A DNA stretch of 64,000 nucleotides from the human T2T-CHM13v2.0 reference genome, Homo sapiens. Under the pieces are notes generated by a model. It ran no database searches and was not told where the DNA came from. It saw nothing but the letters and a program-made list of their open reading frames with translations. Made by a program: the position numbers and the translations under genes. The DNA lies in NCBI RefSeq assembly GCF_009914755.1, contig NC_060934.1; one strand, 5' to 3'. Below are positions 42,617-56,160 of the stretch, in pieces (positions within the stretch are counted from its first letter, which is position 1; each line of letters opens with the position of its first letter).

Positions 42617-43160
42617 TTAGCAGGAATGGATTTTTTAAATGGCTACAAATTCCTTGACACTTCTCTCATTGAGAAGTGGGGACCTGTATCCCCTTCTCTT
42701 GATCTGGGCAGACTTGTGACAGCTTTGACCAAGAGAGTACAGTAAAAATCATTTGAGACTTTAGACTTCTGAGGCTAGGACATAAAAGGCAATGTGTTAT
42801 TGCCTTTATTCCAAGCATGGAGCACACATGCTTGGAGCCCTGTGCTGCCATGTAAGAAGCCCAGTTACTCTTTAGCCACTTTAGTGCTTTGAGGAAACAC
42901 TAAAGTGCTTGGCTTTGAGGCAGCCAAGCAACATGGAAAGGCTACCCATCCCCGGTGCCAGACATATGAGTGAGGAAGCCTCCAGATGATTCTAATCCCC
43001 AGCTATTGAGTCTTATTGCCAGCCTTCAAGTCTTTTCCAGCTGAGGTCACAGATGCTGTAGTACAAAGTCATCTCCACTGTTTCCTGACCCATAGAACCT
43101 GTGAGTATAACAAAATATTTGTTATTTTAAGCCACTAACTCAAAAATAGTAACTGGAACA
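42617..43160 (+). mobile_element. MLT1G/H-like MaLR solo LTR
   Basis: aaatggctacaaattccttgac..gccagacatatgagtgaggaagcc..ttttaagccact..taactggaaca. Confidence 0.8.
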
Positions 43161-43287
43161 GCCACCACATAAATACTTCTTCTAGATTCCTATTTTTCCA
43201 TATCACCATGTAGCTTTTCCTCCATGAAACCCTATTTCTAACCAACATGATCTCTTCTTATTTGGTATACCTTTACTATACATGTAG

Positions 43288-43669
<382 letters not shown>

Positions 43670-43831
43670 TAGATTTTCTGTCCTCAACTAGATTATAAAC
43701 TTTTTTCAAGACAGGGGTGATTTCCTTTTTTCATTTAACAAGTGCTCATCTACTGCTTACTATGTGCCAAGCACTGTTCTCGGTGCTAGGGATATATCAG
43801 TGAATGAAAACAGACACACACTTCCTGCCTT

Positions 43832-44164
43832 CATTCCATATCTCTGGGTTCCCCATCTTGGATTCAGCCTATCATAGATCAAAAATATTTGGAAGAAAAA
43901 ATGCGTGGTGCATCTGTACTGAACATGTACAGACTTCTTTTTCTTGTCATTATACCCTAAACAATACAGTGTGACAACTATTTACATAGCATTTACATTG
44001 TAGTAGGTGTTATAAGTAATCAAGAGATTGTTTAAAATATACAGGAGGATGTGTGTAGATTATATGCAAATACCACACCATTTTATATAAAGGACTTCAG
44101 CATCTGCAGATTTTGGTATCCGAGGGAGATCCCGGAACCAATCTCTTACCAGAGGATGACTGTA
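43832..44164 (+). mobile_element. MER2 (TcMar-Tigger MITE)
   Basis: tctgtactgaacatgtacagact..atttacatagcatttacattgta..gaggatgactg-ta. Confidence 0.85.
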
Positions 44165-44702
44165 TAAGTTAACTATTTTGAGTCAGAGCTCATCTTGCTA
44201 CTACCATATTTAATAGTGCTTCATTAAAATTTCAATTCATATAATTAACATTAACTTAAATATCTGTTTTATCTAAAGTAATGTTTATTTTTACTTTCTT
44301 CTGTAGTTGAGGGGAAGCTCTGTTGAACTCAGTGCCTCTCCTTAATGTCAGCTTTGTGTTGAATCACTGCATGGGGAGAGAAGAAATATCTTCGAATTCT
44401 TGTTCTAATCCTACTGTGAAGCCAGGCATGCAAATAGAAAGATGTCTATCAATAGTTGGTTTTCCCCAGCCCACCATGGCAGTGAGTAGTAAGTGGTTAG
44501 TGTGAAAATTGGAGAGGGAGCCAAAGAAGTGTTAAAATGTGGGAATGGTACATTTTGATTATTCATCTGAGAATAATGTGTGGTCTGTTCTTGCTGAGTG
44601 GAGTGTACAATAGATGTCTGGTAGGTCCAGTTGATTTATATTGTGGATCAAGTCTTCTGGTTTTTCTGCCTGCTCAAATCTGCTGTTGAACTTCTTTAGT
44701 GA

Positions 44703-45311
<609 letters not shown>

Positions 45312-45857
45312 CACTTATTGTACTTTTTAATAATTTCTATTTATATTCCCTATTTATTGATGTATTCTCATAATTTTCTTTTAGTTCTTTAGATATGGTT
45401 TCCTTTTGTTCTTAAGTTTTTGTCTTATAAGTTCAACATCTGAGCTGCCTCACAGTTTCTATTGGTTGCTTTTTTTCCGTGTATTGGTCATACTTTGTTT
45501 CTTTGCATAACTTGTCATTTTTTGTTGATAACTGTACATTTATAATAATATAAGATGACAACTTTGGAAGTTCTCACCTCTCCCAAGGGTTTGTTGTTTC
45601 TCCCATCTGTTGTTTGTTTTGTGACCTTTCTGAACTAAATCTGTAAGTCTGTGTTCTTTGTCATATGTGGCCACTGAAGTCTTTGCTTGGTTAGCTTAGT
45701 GGTCATCTGGTGATTGGATACAGATCTGCTTAAAAGCCTGGAACCTGTAAGTCCCCTAGTCTTTGCCAAAGGGCTCCGTGCACATGTTGGGGTGTGTCTT
45801 AAACACTGAGATAGGAAGTTAATCACTCTGCTTTGACTTTTACTTCCTGCTTGCACA

Positions 45858-46468
45858 TGATACCAGTGGGCTAGGGGACGTCCCCAAATGCTGCTGGGAC
45901 CTTGATCCCAGCCAGTGTCCAGGCTCTTGATACTGTCGTGAGAAGGAATTCAAGGATGAGTCAGAAAATAGTGAAAGTATGGAGACTTAATTGCAAAACA
46001 AAAAAGTACACATTCAAGAGAGGGGAGTGCAGGCACACTTGAGAGAGAGAGAGTGAGTGAGTCATGCACAAGGTGGGGTGGAGCTGCTATCTTTATGAAT
46101 TTCTTTAACCAAGGGATGAAATATTCATGATGATTCCTGGAAAAAGGTGGAATTTTTTTTGGAACTGTGGTGCCACCTGTTTTTACACCAAATATGAGTG
46201 TTCCTAAAATTGTCATGGCACTGGTGGGTATGTGATATAGTATGTTATGAGTGTACATTGAGCCCTGGGTGAAACTTAGGCCAAATCTATCACCATGTTG
46301 AGTCCTGTCAGTCTTAGCCAGCATGGTTTACACCCTGTTTTTCAGGGTCTTGTCTTATCAGCCCATAGCTTCTGCAGCTATTTCAACAGTTTCCTTTGGC
46401 TAGTCACATAAAACTGCTGCCTAGAATTTCATTTTCTCCTGTCACTACCCTGTTTTATTTCTGTCTTG
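45858..46468 (-). mobile_element. ERV1-class (MER4-group) solo LTR
   Basis: Starts TG; ccaggctcttg..gaattcaaggatgag motif; caca duplicated at 45854-45857 and 46469-46472, and the host sequence rejoins across it. Confidence 0.7.
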
Positions 46469-47702
46469 CACAGAGCTTCAAGGTCAGCCATAAATGAGAG
46501 CTTGGAGCCTTCTTAGGTCTTTCCCAAGTGTGTACACAGCCCTATGTATGTATGTGGCCGTTTAGATGCCCAGGAATCTGTTAGAGCTTTTCAGAGTCAT
46601 CTGTGGACATTTTATTCCCTAATTTTTCCTTTTAAGCCCTTTGGTTGACCTATCGTTTGTCCCAGTTGTTACCTACCATCTCAGGCATCCTCCATGTTAA
46701 ACTTATTGCCTCTAATTGTTTTTGACAGCTGCCCCTGGGGAAAAGGCTTTTTGTACTAGGCAAGTCCTGATTCAGGTCAAATAAAGACATCCCTGTAAAT
46801 AGGCATGGAGTCTTCCAGGGAACCACCAGATAGGTCAAATAATGATAATTCTCTGAGAATGTGGCTTTGAAGGAGCTGCAGCTCTGTTCTGTCTGCTTTG
46901 ATAGCTGGCAAGCTATAGGTTTCCACCAGAGTTTTAGAATGTTGTCTTTTGAGAGTACTGTAGAGCTGGAACAGAGGAAGAATAATGGAAATAGGGCACA
47001 TTAAAATGCTACAAAGCTCATTTTTCTACCAAGATTTAGCTGTTTTTCTTGAATAAATGATGCCTGTATTTCTGCAAGTTTTGAACTAATTTTCAGAGTT
47101 CTGAAAAGGTTGATTTTGACAATTTTTGATAAGTTTTCTGGTTACTTTTATGGATGAGAAAATGTTTGGAGATCCTCCCGCTGTTATTTTTGCTGGCATC
47201 ACTCCTATTGTTTCTTTCTTCTCAGAGAAATTAACTATCTCAATCTCTTTCTCTTCTGCCTCCACCCCTGCTTAAACTCAAAGCACTGGCAGATATTCCA
47301 TTTCTTCTGTGATAGTCCAACTTAATTGCTCTCAGTGAATCAGGGGTTAGATAGAGGTGGTCTTCTGTGTTCTTGGCAACTTTCGTTTTTCTACTTCTGT
47401 TTCTCCTAAGGGTCCTCTTAGAGTTGTGAGAACAAGTCAGGAATTAATATCTCATAAAGTATTCTATCACATAAAGACAAAAAAAGGTGATAGGTTAGAA
47501 AGGAACTAAGAAAAGATGTGATGTGATATCCAGTCAAATAAATAGAGTACTGCCAGAAAAAAAAAACCAACAGTTTTCCTGGACTTTGAATAAATGGCTA
47601 AAATATTAAACCAAAGGTAAATGTAAAATAATATCTAGAATTGTAAGAACACTTGTTTTATTATCTGTTTCTTGTCTTTGTTGTTATTTTGTCCCATGTC
47701 AG

Positions 47703-47882
47703 GATGCTCGACATGCAGCAGAAGGAGAAATATATACCAAACTGAATCAAAAAATTGATGAATTTGTTCAGCTTGCTGATTATGACTGGACAATGTCTGA
47801 GCCAGATGGAAGAGCTAGTGGTTATTTAATGGACCTTATAAATTTTTTGAGAAGCATCTTTCAAGTGTTTACTCATTTGCCT
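47703..47882 (+). CDS. EXOC6: EXOC6 exon J, 180 nt, phase 0/0: DARHAAEGEIYTKLNQKIDEFVQLADYDWTMSEPDGRASGYLMDLINFLRSIFQVFTHLP
   Basis: atgtcag|GAT acceptor, CCT|gtaagt donor; KIDEF..YDW Sec15 motif. Confidence 0.97.
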
Positions 47883-48190
47883 GTAAGTATAAAAATTTTC
47901 AAAAATTGTTTTATGTTTGCTTACTAAAGTATATTTTAGAATTTAGTTTGAGGTTTCCTTGCTTAAACCAACTTCTTGGAGTGCATGTTTCTTTCTCCAT
48001 TATTATAAATCCATTTGTAAGGAATTATAACTTAGCCAAATTGTTTGAAATTTTAATTTATTTTATTTTTAACCAAAATAACTGTAACTCTCTTTCCACC
48101 AAAGCCAAGGCAAAACCCTGAAACTGACAATATAGACTTAAATAGAAATAATCTCTAATAGAAATAATTTACATAGAGTTAACACAATTG

Positions 48191-50622
48191 CTCGTCTCCC
48201 TCTCCCGTCTCCCTCTCCCCACGGTCTCCCTCTCCCTCTCCCTCTCCCTCGTCTCCCTCTCCCGTCTCCCTCTCCCCACGGTCTCCCTCTCCCTCTCTTT
48301 CCACGTCTCCCTCTGATGCCGAGCCGAAGCTGCACTGTACTGCTGCCATCTCGGCTCACTGCAACCTCCCTGCCTGATTCTCCTGCCTCAGCCTGCCGAG
48401 TGCCTGCGATTGCAGGCGCACGCCACCACGCCTGACTGGTTTTCGTATTTTTTTGGTGGAGACGGGGTTTCGCTGTGTTGGCCGGGCTGGTCTCCAGCTC
48501 CTAACCGCGAGTGATCCGCCAGCCTCGGCCTCCCGAGGTGCCGGGATTGCAGATGGAGTCTGGTTCACTCAGTGCTCAATGGTGCCCAGGCTGGAGTGCA
48601 GTGGCGTGCTCTCGGCTCGCTACAACCTCCACCTCCCAGCCACCTGCCTTGGCCTCCCAAAGTGCCGAGATTGCAGCCTCTGCCCGGCCGCCACCCCGTC
48701 TGGGAAGTGAGGAGCGTCTCTGCCTGGTCGCCCATTGTCTGGGACGTGAGGAGCCCCTCTGCCTGGCTGCCCAGTCTGGAAAGTGAGGAGCGTCTCTGCC
48801 CGGCCACCATCCCATCTAGGAAGTGAGGAGTGCCTCTTCCCGGCCGCCATCCCATGTACGAAGTGAGGAGTGTCTCTGCCTGGCCGCCCATCGTCTGAGA
48901 TGTGGGGAGCGCCTCTGCCCCGCCACCCCGTCTGGGATGTGAGGAGCGCCTCTACCCGGCCGCGACCCCGTCTGGGAGGTGAGGAGCGTCTCTGCTCGGC
49001 CGCCCCGTCTGAGAAGTGAGGAGACCCTCTGCCTGGCAACCGCCCGGTCTGAGAAGTGAGGAGCCCCTCCGCCCGGCAGCCGCCCCGTCTGAGAAGTGAG
49101 GAGCCCCTCCGCCCGGCAGCCACCCCGTCTGGGAAGTGAGGAGCGTCTCCGCCCGGCAGCCGCCCCGTCCGGGAGGGAGGTGGGGGGGGTCAGCCCCCCG
49201 CCCACCCAGCCGCCCCGTCCAGGAGGGAGGTGGGGGGGTCAGCCCCCCAGCCGCCCCGTCCGGGACGGAGGTGGGGGGATCAGCCCCCTGCCCGGCCAGC
49301 CGCCCCGTCCGGGAGGGAGGTTGGGGGGTCAGCCCCCTGCCCGGCCAGCCACCCCGTCCGGGAGGTGAGGGGCGCCTCTGCCCGGCCGCCCCTACTGGGA
49401 AGTGAGGAGCCCCTCTGCCCGGCCAGCCGCCCCGTCCGGGAGGGAGGTCAGGGGGCCAGCCCCCCGCCGGGCCAGCCGCCCCATCCGGGAGGGAGGTGGG
49501 GGGGTCAGCCCCCGCGCCCGGCCAGCCGCCCCGTCCGGGAGGTGAGGGGCGCCTCTGCCCGGCCGCCCCTACTGGGAAGTGAGGAGCCCCTCTGCCCAGC
49601 CAGCCGCCCCGTCCGGGAAGGAGGTGGGGGGGTCAGCCCCCCGCCCGGCCAGCCGCCCCGTCCGGGAGGGAGGAGGGGGGGTCAGCCCCCCGCCCGACCA
49701 GCTGCCCCGTCCGGGAGGGAGGTTGGGGGATCAGCCCCCCGCCCTGCCAGCCGCTCCGTCCGGGAGGTGAGGGGCGCCTCTGCCCGGCCGCCCCTACTGG
49801 GAAGTGAGGAGCCCCTCTGCCTGGCCAGCCGCCCCGTCCGGGAGGGAGGTGGGGGGGTCAGCCCCCCGCCCGGCCAGCCGCCCCGTCCGGTAGGTGAGGG
49901 GCGCCTCTGCCCAGCCGCCCCTACTGGGAAGTGAGGAGCCCCTCTGCCCGGCCAGCCGCCGCGTCCGGGAGGGAGGTGGGGGGGGGGTCAGCCCCCCGCC
50001 CGGCCTGCCGCCCCGCCCGGGAGGTGAGGGGCGCCTCTGCCCGGCCACCCCTACTGGGAAGTGAGGAGCCCCTCTGCCGGGCCACCACCCCGTCTGGGAG
50101 GTGTGCCCAACAGCTCATTGAGAACGGGCCATGATGACAGTGGCGATTTTGTGGAATAGAAAGGGGGGAAAGGTGGGGAAAAGATTGAGAAATCGGATGG
50201 TTGCCGTGTCTGTGTAGAAAGAGGTAGACATGAGAGACTTTTCACTTTGTTCTGTACTAAGAAAAATACTTATCCTGTTGATCTGTGACCTTACCCCCAA
50301 CCCTGTGCTCTCTGAAACATGTGCTGTGTCCACTCAGGGTTGAATGGATTAAGGGCGGTGCAAGATGTGCTTTGTTAAACAGATGCTTGAAGGCAGCATG
50401 CTCGTTAAGAGTCATCACCACTCCCTAATCTCAAGTACCCAGGGACACAAACACTGCGGAAGGCCGCAGGGTCCTCTGCCTAGGAAAACCAGAGACCTTT
50501 GTTCACTTGTTTATCTGCTGACCTTCCCTCCACTATTGTCCTATGACCCTGCCAAATCCCCCTCTGCGAGAAACACCCAAGAATGATCAGTAAAAAAAAA
50601 AATAATAAATTAAAAAAAAAAA
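48191..50622 (+). mobile_element. Full-length SVA (SVA_D-like): CCCTCT head 48191-48314, Alu-like ~48315-48680, VNTR ~48680-50100, SINE-R ~50100-50594, A tail
   Basis: All canonical domains present in order; candidate TSD aaca(c/t)aatt at 48181-48189 and 50623-50631. Confidence 0.97.
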
Positions 50623-51017
50623 AACATAATTAATGGCTTTTCCAGTTAGAAAGGACCAAGAAATTACTGGCTATTTTTGAGCCAAGAGAGTAAAAGTAAA
50701 ACTGGAGCATTGTTCTATCCTGGCACGTAGTCATAGCACATCTACATTTTGGACAGTTGGTTGATGAAACATTAAAAAAAAAGATACAGCAAGGACATTT
50801 GGATATAAAGAAGCTGAAATGTTAGATTCTTCAGATGAGGACTGCAAAGACTAGAGATATTATGGTGGGATGAACATACTCTTACTAGGTATATCCAGAA
50901 ATAATAAAACTGTTAAAACATGAATGCAATAGTTTTATACAAAAAAATAGGAAGAAATTTTATCAACCTTTTTATCTTATGATACGATATAGCTGAACAG
51001 AAGAATAAAGTGTTTAA

Positions 51018-51147
51018 CCCATTTATGCTGGAGGTTGCAAATTATTTTGTGTGAAAAATCAGATCTTGGAGATGACCTTGAGCAGTGTGATATAAATAAC
51101 TCCCACAAGCTTAGTGTTCCAATAATGGAATGCTAGGCATAAATAGG
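51018..51147 (-). mobile_element. MER85 (piggyBac PGBD3-derived MITE)
   Basis: TTAA on both sides (51014-51017, 51148-51151), cccatttatgc TIRs, internal palindrome gttccaataatggaat. Confidence 0.9.
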
Positions 51148-51367
51148 TTAATCTGGAACCTACACAGCTGCGCCCAACCATCCTCTCTCTGCTTGGAATG
51201 GGGAAAAAAAAAAGGTAATTTTCCTCATCCTTTACTCTTTCTCCATCAGAAACTGCTTCAAAGAACCAATTAGAAAAGTTGAGGGAAGGTGTTCCTAAAA
51301 AAAATTAATGGAAGACTATTTTAAAGAGATTGTCATCATGGATCTGGGCCAGAGAATTTTAGAAGCT

Positions 51368-51415
51368 TACCCAGGGATGATACTGTATTCCTACCCAGGG
51401 ATGATACTGTATTCC
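51368..51415 (+). repeat. Perfect 24-bp tandem duplication
   Basis: tacccagggatgatactgtattcc x2. Confidence 0.95.
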
Positions 51416-51609
51416 CAACTGCTGTCTTTGAACTGAAAAAGGAAATCTATAAATATATTTAATTTTTATATCAATGAATTTTTATAGAAGTGCTTTTTAT
51501 ATAGTTTATACTAAATGATTGTTAAATTAATTTGAATTCACCTTGTCAGTATAAATCATGCTTCTAGCCAAAAGCAGTCCTCAAGAACAAACACATGTAC
51601 GTGCTTGCA

Positions 51610-51640
51610 GACACACACACACACACATACACACACACAC
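51610..51640. repeat. (CA)n microsatellite
   Basis: Seen directly. Confidence 0.9.
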
Positions 51641-52060
51641 GTTTTATGTTTTAATATCTGTGTCATGTATTGCTTTGAGGTGATGGGTAGGAATTTTGTA
51701 CATAAATGGAATAGGATTAAGAGAGATTATGTGTTAGAAATGTTTGGGGTAAATGTCTCACCTTCCAAGGTCACCTTCTAGGCTGACATCCTAGAGGAAA
51801 CCCTGCTTTTTCATAAGACATACTCTGGTGGCATTGAGAGAAACAGAATCCTGGTCTAACTAGATCACTCATCTATCTGTTACGACATTTTGTATGGCTT
51901 TAGCTGAGTCTTCATATGCCATTTTGGATTTTTATGTCATCTAACATAGATTTTTCTATAAAGGAAATAAATTTTTATAGACCAATAAATTCAACAATAA
52001 ATACAAGGTACAACCATATAAAAAGAAAATAATAGTTTACACCTAAGAAAAAAGAAAAGT

Positions 52061-52362
52061 GGGCTGGGTACGTTGGCTCACACCTATAATCCCAGCACTT
52101 TGGGAGGCCAAGATGGGAGGACCACCTGAGCCTAGGAGTTCGAGACTAGTCTGGGCAACATGGTGAAACCCAGTCTCTACAAAAAATACAAAAATTAACT
52201 GGGCATGGTGGCGTGTACCTTTAGTCTTGGCTACTCAGGATGCTGAGGTAGGAGGATGGCTTGAGCGTGGGAGGTGCAGGCTCCAGTGAGCCGTAATCAT
52301 GCTACTGTGCTCCAGCTTGGGTGACAGAGTGAGACCTGTCTCAAAAAAAAACAAAAGAGAAA
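52061..52362 (+). mobile_element. Alu (J-like)
   Basis: Sense dimer. Confidence 0.9.
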
Positions 52363-53117
52363 AATGGTCCTAACAACAATATATTGTTATTCAAGAATGA
52401 ACTAAAAGCATGATTTTCAAGCAAAAATAATAAATTATTGACTATGGTAAATTTTAGAGTCAATAGAGTGATTATATTATTGCTTTGTATATTAGTTTTC
52501 TAAAATCCTGAAATTGTATTAAATATTCAACTAGATTGTTTTAAGCAAAGAGAAGAGGCAGAGGCATTAAATCTATTATTTTTCTAGATGAAGTATGGCA
52601 TTACATTAAGCTACCATTTTTATTTAAATGTTTTAAGTTGAAAATGATTTCTTGGTTTAAGGTTATTCTTGGACCCAAATAGAGTAAAGGGCCAATTCTG
52701 GCCTTCTTTAACCCTCAAAGAAGCTTCAGACGAAGCTTATCACATTTAACTGCAAATCAGTCCTCTTAAGCAGAACAAGCCATCCTACTTACAGACATGA
52801 GTTAAGTGGTGGTTCTGGTTGGGCCCCGTGCCCTGTCTTTGGTTTTGGTAGTGTTCAGGAACAATGGAGTACGTTAGAGTCAATGGAAGCTGAGAAACCA
52901 AGGGGCACTCTTTCAAATGTGCAAATATTGTCCAATAGTGCAAAAATTTGGAGATTTTCTGGGATAGAGGTGACTCTGTCACTCCCTAACCCTGAAAGTT
53001 ACCTGATTGAACCTTTTAAGCTTTTAGCTTAAAAGCTCCACCCTTAGTTTCACTGAGTATTTAGTTTCTGTCAGTCCCCTGCCAAAAGGGATCCCTTCCC
53101 CTCCCTTCCCCTCCGGT

Positions 53118-53261
53118 GAAGTCTTGCTCTGTCACCCAGGCTGGAGTGCACTGGTGCAATCTTGGCTCACTGCAGCCTCTGCCTCGAGGTTCAAGCGATT
53201 CTCCTCCCTCAGCCTCCCGAGTAGCTGGGACTACAGGTGCAGGCCACCATGCCTGGCTAAT
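53118..53261 (-). mobile_element. Alu right monomer
   Basis: tcttgctctgtcacccaggctggagtgca...cctggctaat. Confidence 0.85.
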
Positions 53262-53585
53262 CAGAATATTTTCTTAGTCAAAGATTGTCATGATGTGCAA
53301 TTGCTGATGACCATTGCCTAGTGAAAAGTTCCATTTGTTCCAGAAAAGTTATGATCTATCCAGTGAGATTTTGTTCTCTGCTCACAGGACATGAGAACAG
53401 TACAGATTAATAGATAATGATGGTTTTGATGGAGTCCAGGGAAAGAACTCCATTATTTTCACATATTGTGGTAGCAGTGGAAACCTGTAGGATTTGGAAA
53501 ACCACAATAACCCGAATAATGTTCGCTTTAAATACCTCTTATATCCAAGGTTAGATGAGTGAGAGAATTGATTACTTCCCTTGCT

Positions 53586-53854
53586 GGCTGTGGTGGCTCA
53601 CACTGGTAATCCCAACACTTTGGGAGGCTGAGGCAGGAAGGTCGCTTGAGCCCAGGAGTTGGAGAACAGCCTGGGCGATATAGTGAACCTCATCTCTACA
53701 AAAAATTAAAAGATTAGCCTATTGGGAGGCTAAGGCAGGAGGATTGCTTGAGCCCAGGAGGCGGAGGCTTTAGTGAGCTGAGATCATGCCACAGCTCTCC
53801 AGCCTGGGCAACAGAGGGAGACCCTGTCTCAAAAAAAAAAAAAAAAAAAAAAAA
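53586..53854 (+). mobile_element. AluJ-like with internal deletion
   Basis: Sense dimer, long A tail. Confidence 0.88.
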
Positions 53855-54139
53855 TCCCCTCACCTTGCCTCCAGATTAAAATACCTATTCATCTGCATTT
53901 TTCTGTGCTGTAGCTGAGAAGGCAGCCTCTCTTCTGGCTACAGGAATTAACAGCAAGCTAAATAGTATTGATAGAAATAACAAATATTTTCCCATTACCC
54001 AAAATGTTAAGCTTCCCTGCTAAATATAGTATCTTCAATTAGAATAATAAAAAGGCAAATTCACGTGAGGAATGTTTATCTTTTATTGTTTCTAGAGGTC
54101 TGAGTGCTTGAGGATGTGCATAGATGGGCTGTAGAGTTA

Positions 54140-54345
54140 GAAATACTTATATTTGAACTTTAGATTTGTAATTTACTAGCTATGGGATCCTGGCAAGTTG
54201 CTTAATCTCTCTGAGCCTCTTCCCTTCTGCAAAATGAGCATAATCCATTTTTCCCATAGGACTGTCATAAAATGAATGAAAATAGTATGTAGAGAAGTTG
54301 TCTGGCAGGGTACTTGGCAAAAAGTGGGTACTGTTAATAAATGTT
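54140..54345 (+). mobile_element. MIR
   Basis: ggcaagttgcttaatctctctgagcctc..ctgcaaaatg. Confidence 0.7.
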
Positions 54346-54799
54346 AGTTTGGTCTTTTATTCTCCTTTCTTCCCTTGTTACAGTTTTAAAACTCTTTATA
54401 GTATTAGTTTCATTGTGTAATGAAACTTTTTTCACTTTTTTTCTTGTTATATTTATGCCTGTGTTTTAAACTTGATATTAGTTTTCATTCTTATGACTTT
54501 GTATTATACAGCCACTTGAAAATGTTCTTTATTATGAAAGGCATTCATTGTAAGGCATATTTGAATCATTATTATAGCTTGAGTTGCAGTGCTTACAATT
54601 GCTAACAGTCAGATGCTAGCTAATGCCAATGAGGTCTGATTAATATGTAATTTTATCTCTAAATTAGTACCCTTGGAAATCATGCCAATTTTCAATATTT
54701 TAAATGTGTAAGTTTCCCTTCTTTTAATAATTTTTTTCTGACAATTAGAAAATATAGCCAAGTATAAAGAAGGAGGCAAAAATCACCTTTATCTTGTTA

Positions 54800-54982
<183 letters not shown>

Positions 54983-55774
54983 TCATCACTGTTAACATTT
55001 TGGCAAGTATTCTTGAGGTTCTCTTTTTCTATGCATTTATGACACTATTCTAAGGTGATTGTATAAGCAAGCTTTGTTTTTTAAACAAGATTTTATATTA
55101 GCCAGAAAACTTAAACCAGAAGAATTTTTAAAAACATTAAACATTCATTCATCACTGACATGAATATAAGTAGAATAAGTTGTTGAGCAGCTTGGACATA
55201 TCTTGTTATTCTTCATGACTGCCAAATGGAACTCAGTAACGTTTTACTGTGAACTTACTGCCTAACCACCCAGCACTGGTCTGTTTCTGGAAATAACAGC
55301 TAACATTTTCTTCCTTTATAAATGTTAATTGTGTACTCATTTTAATGAAGGTAGTTTATTGATTTACCGGCCATAGGGGAGACATGTAAATGACAGTGAG
55401 TTTTAAAAATGTCTTCACATGTGTTTATCACTAAAGGTACCCAATTTATGCAAATATTTATACTAACACATGGTTGTCTTTTATGGTAGAAGTAAATAGA
55501 AGATATGGAATGATCAATTTGTTCATTTTTCTTCCTTTCTAGAAACTCTTCATTGTTTTGTCTTTAAGTATAATGTAATATTCTTTGCTTAATTTTGCTA
55601 CTACTCTGGGGATATTAAATTAGTAGATAAATCTGGTTCTAATTTGAATTTTAAATATCAAAAAATTTATTCCCAGAAAGATATCTTTTCCTTTGCTTTC
55701 AAATATGCTTAACTTTTGATTTTCTGCATTAATGGAAGTGGTATGATGGACAATTTAAAAAAAAGACATGATCG

Positions 55775-56160
<386 letters not shown>

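Noticed and set aside
48680-50100. CpG-island promoter
   Set aside because: CpG density is entirely the SVA VNTR, which is normally methylated; not a host-gene promoter.
48138-50586. Dense overlapping ORFs up to 234 aa
   Set aside because: Stop-poor GC-rich SVA VNTR and Alu-like sequence; low-complexity translations on both strands.
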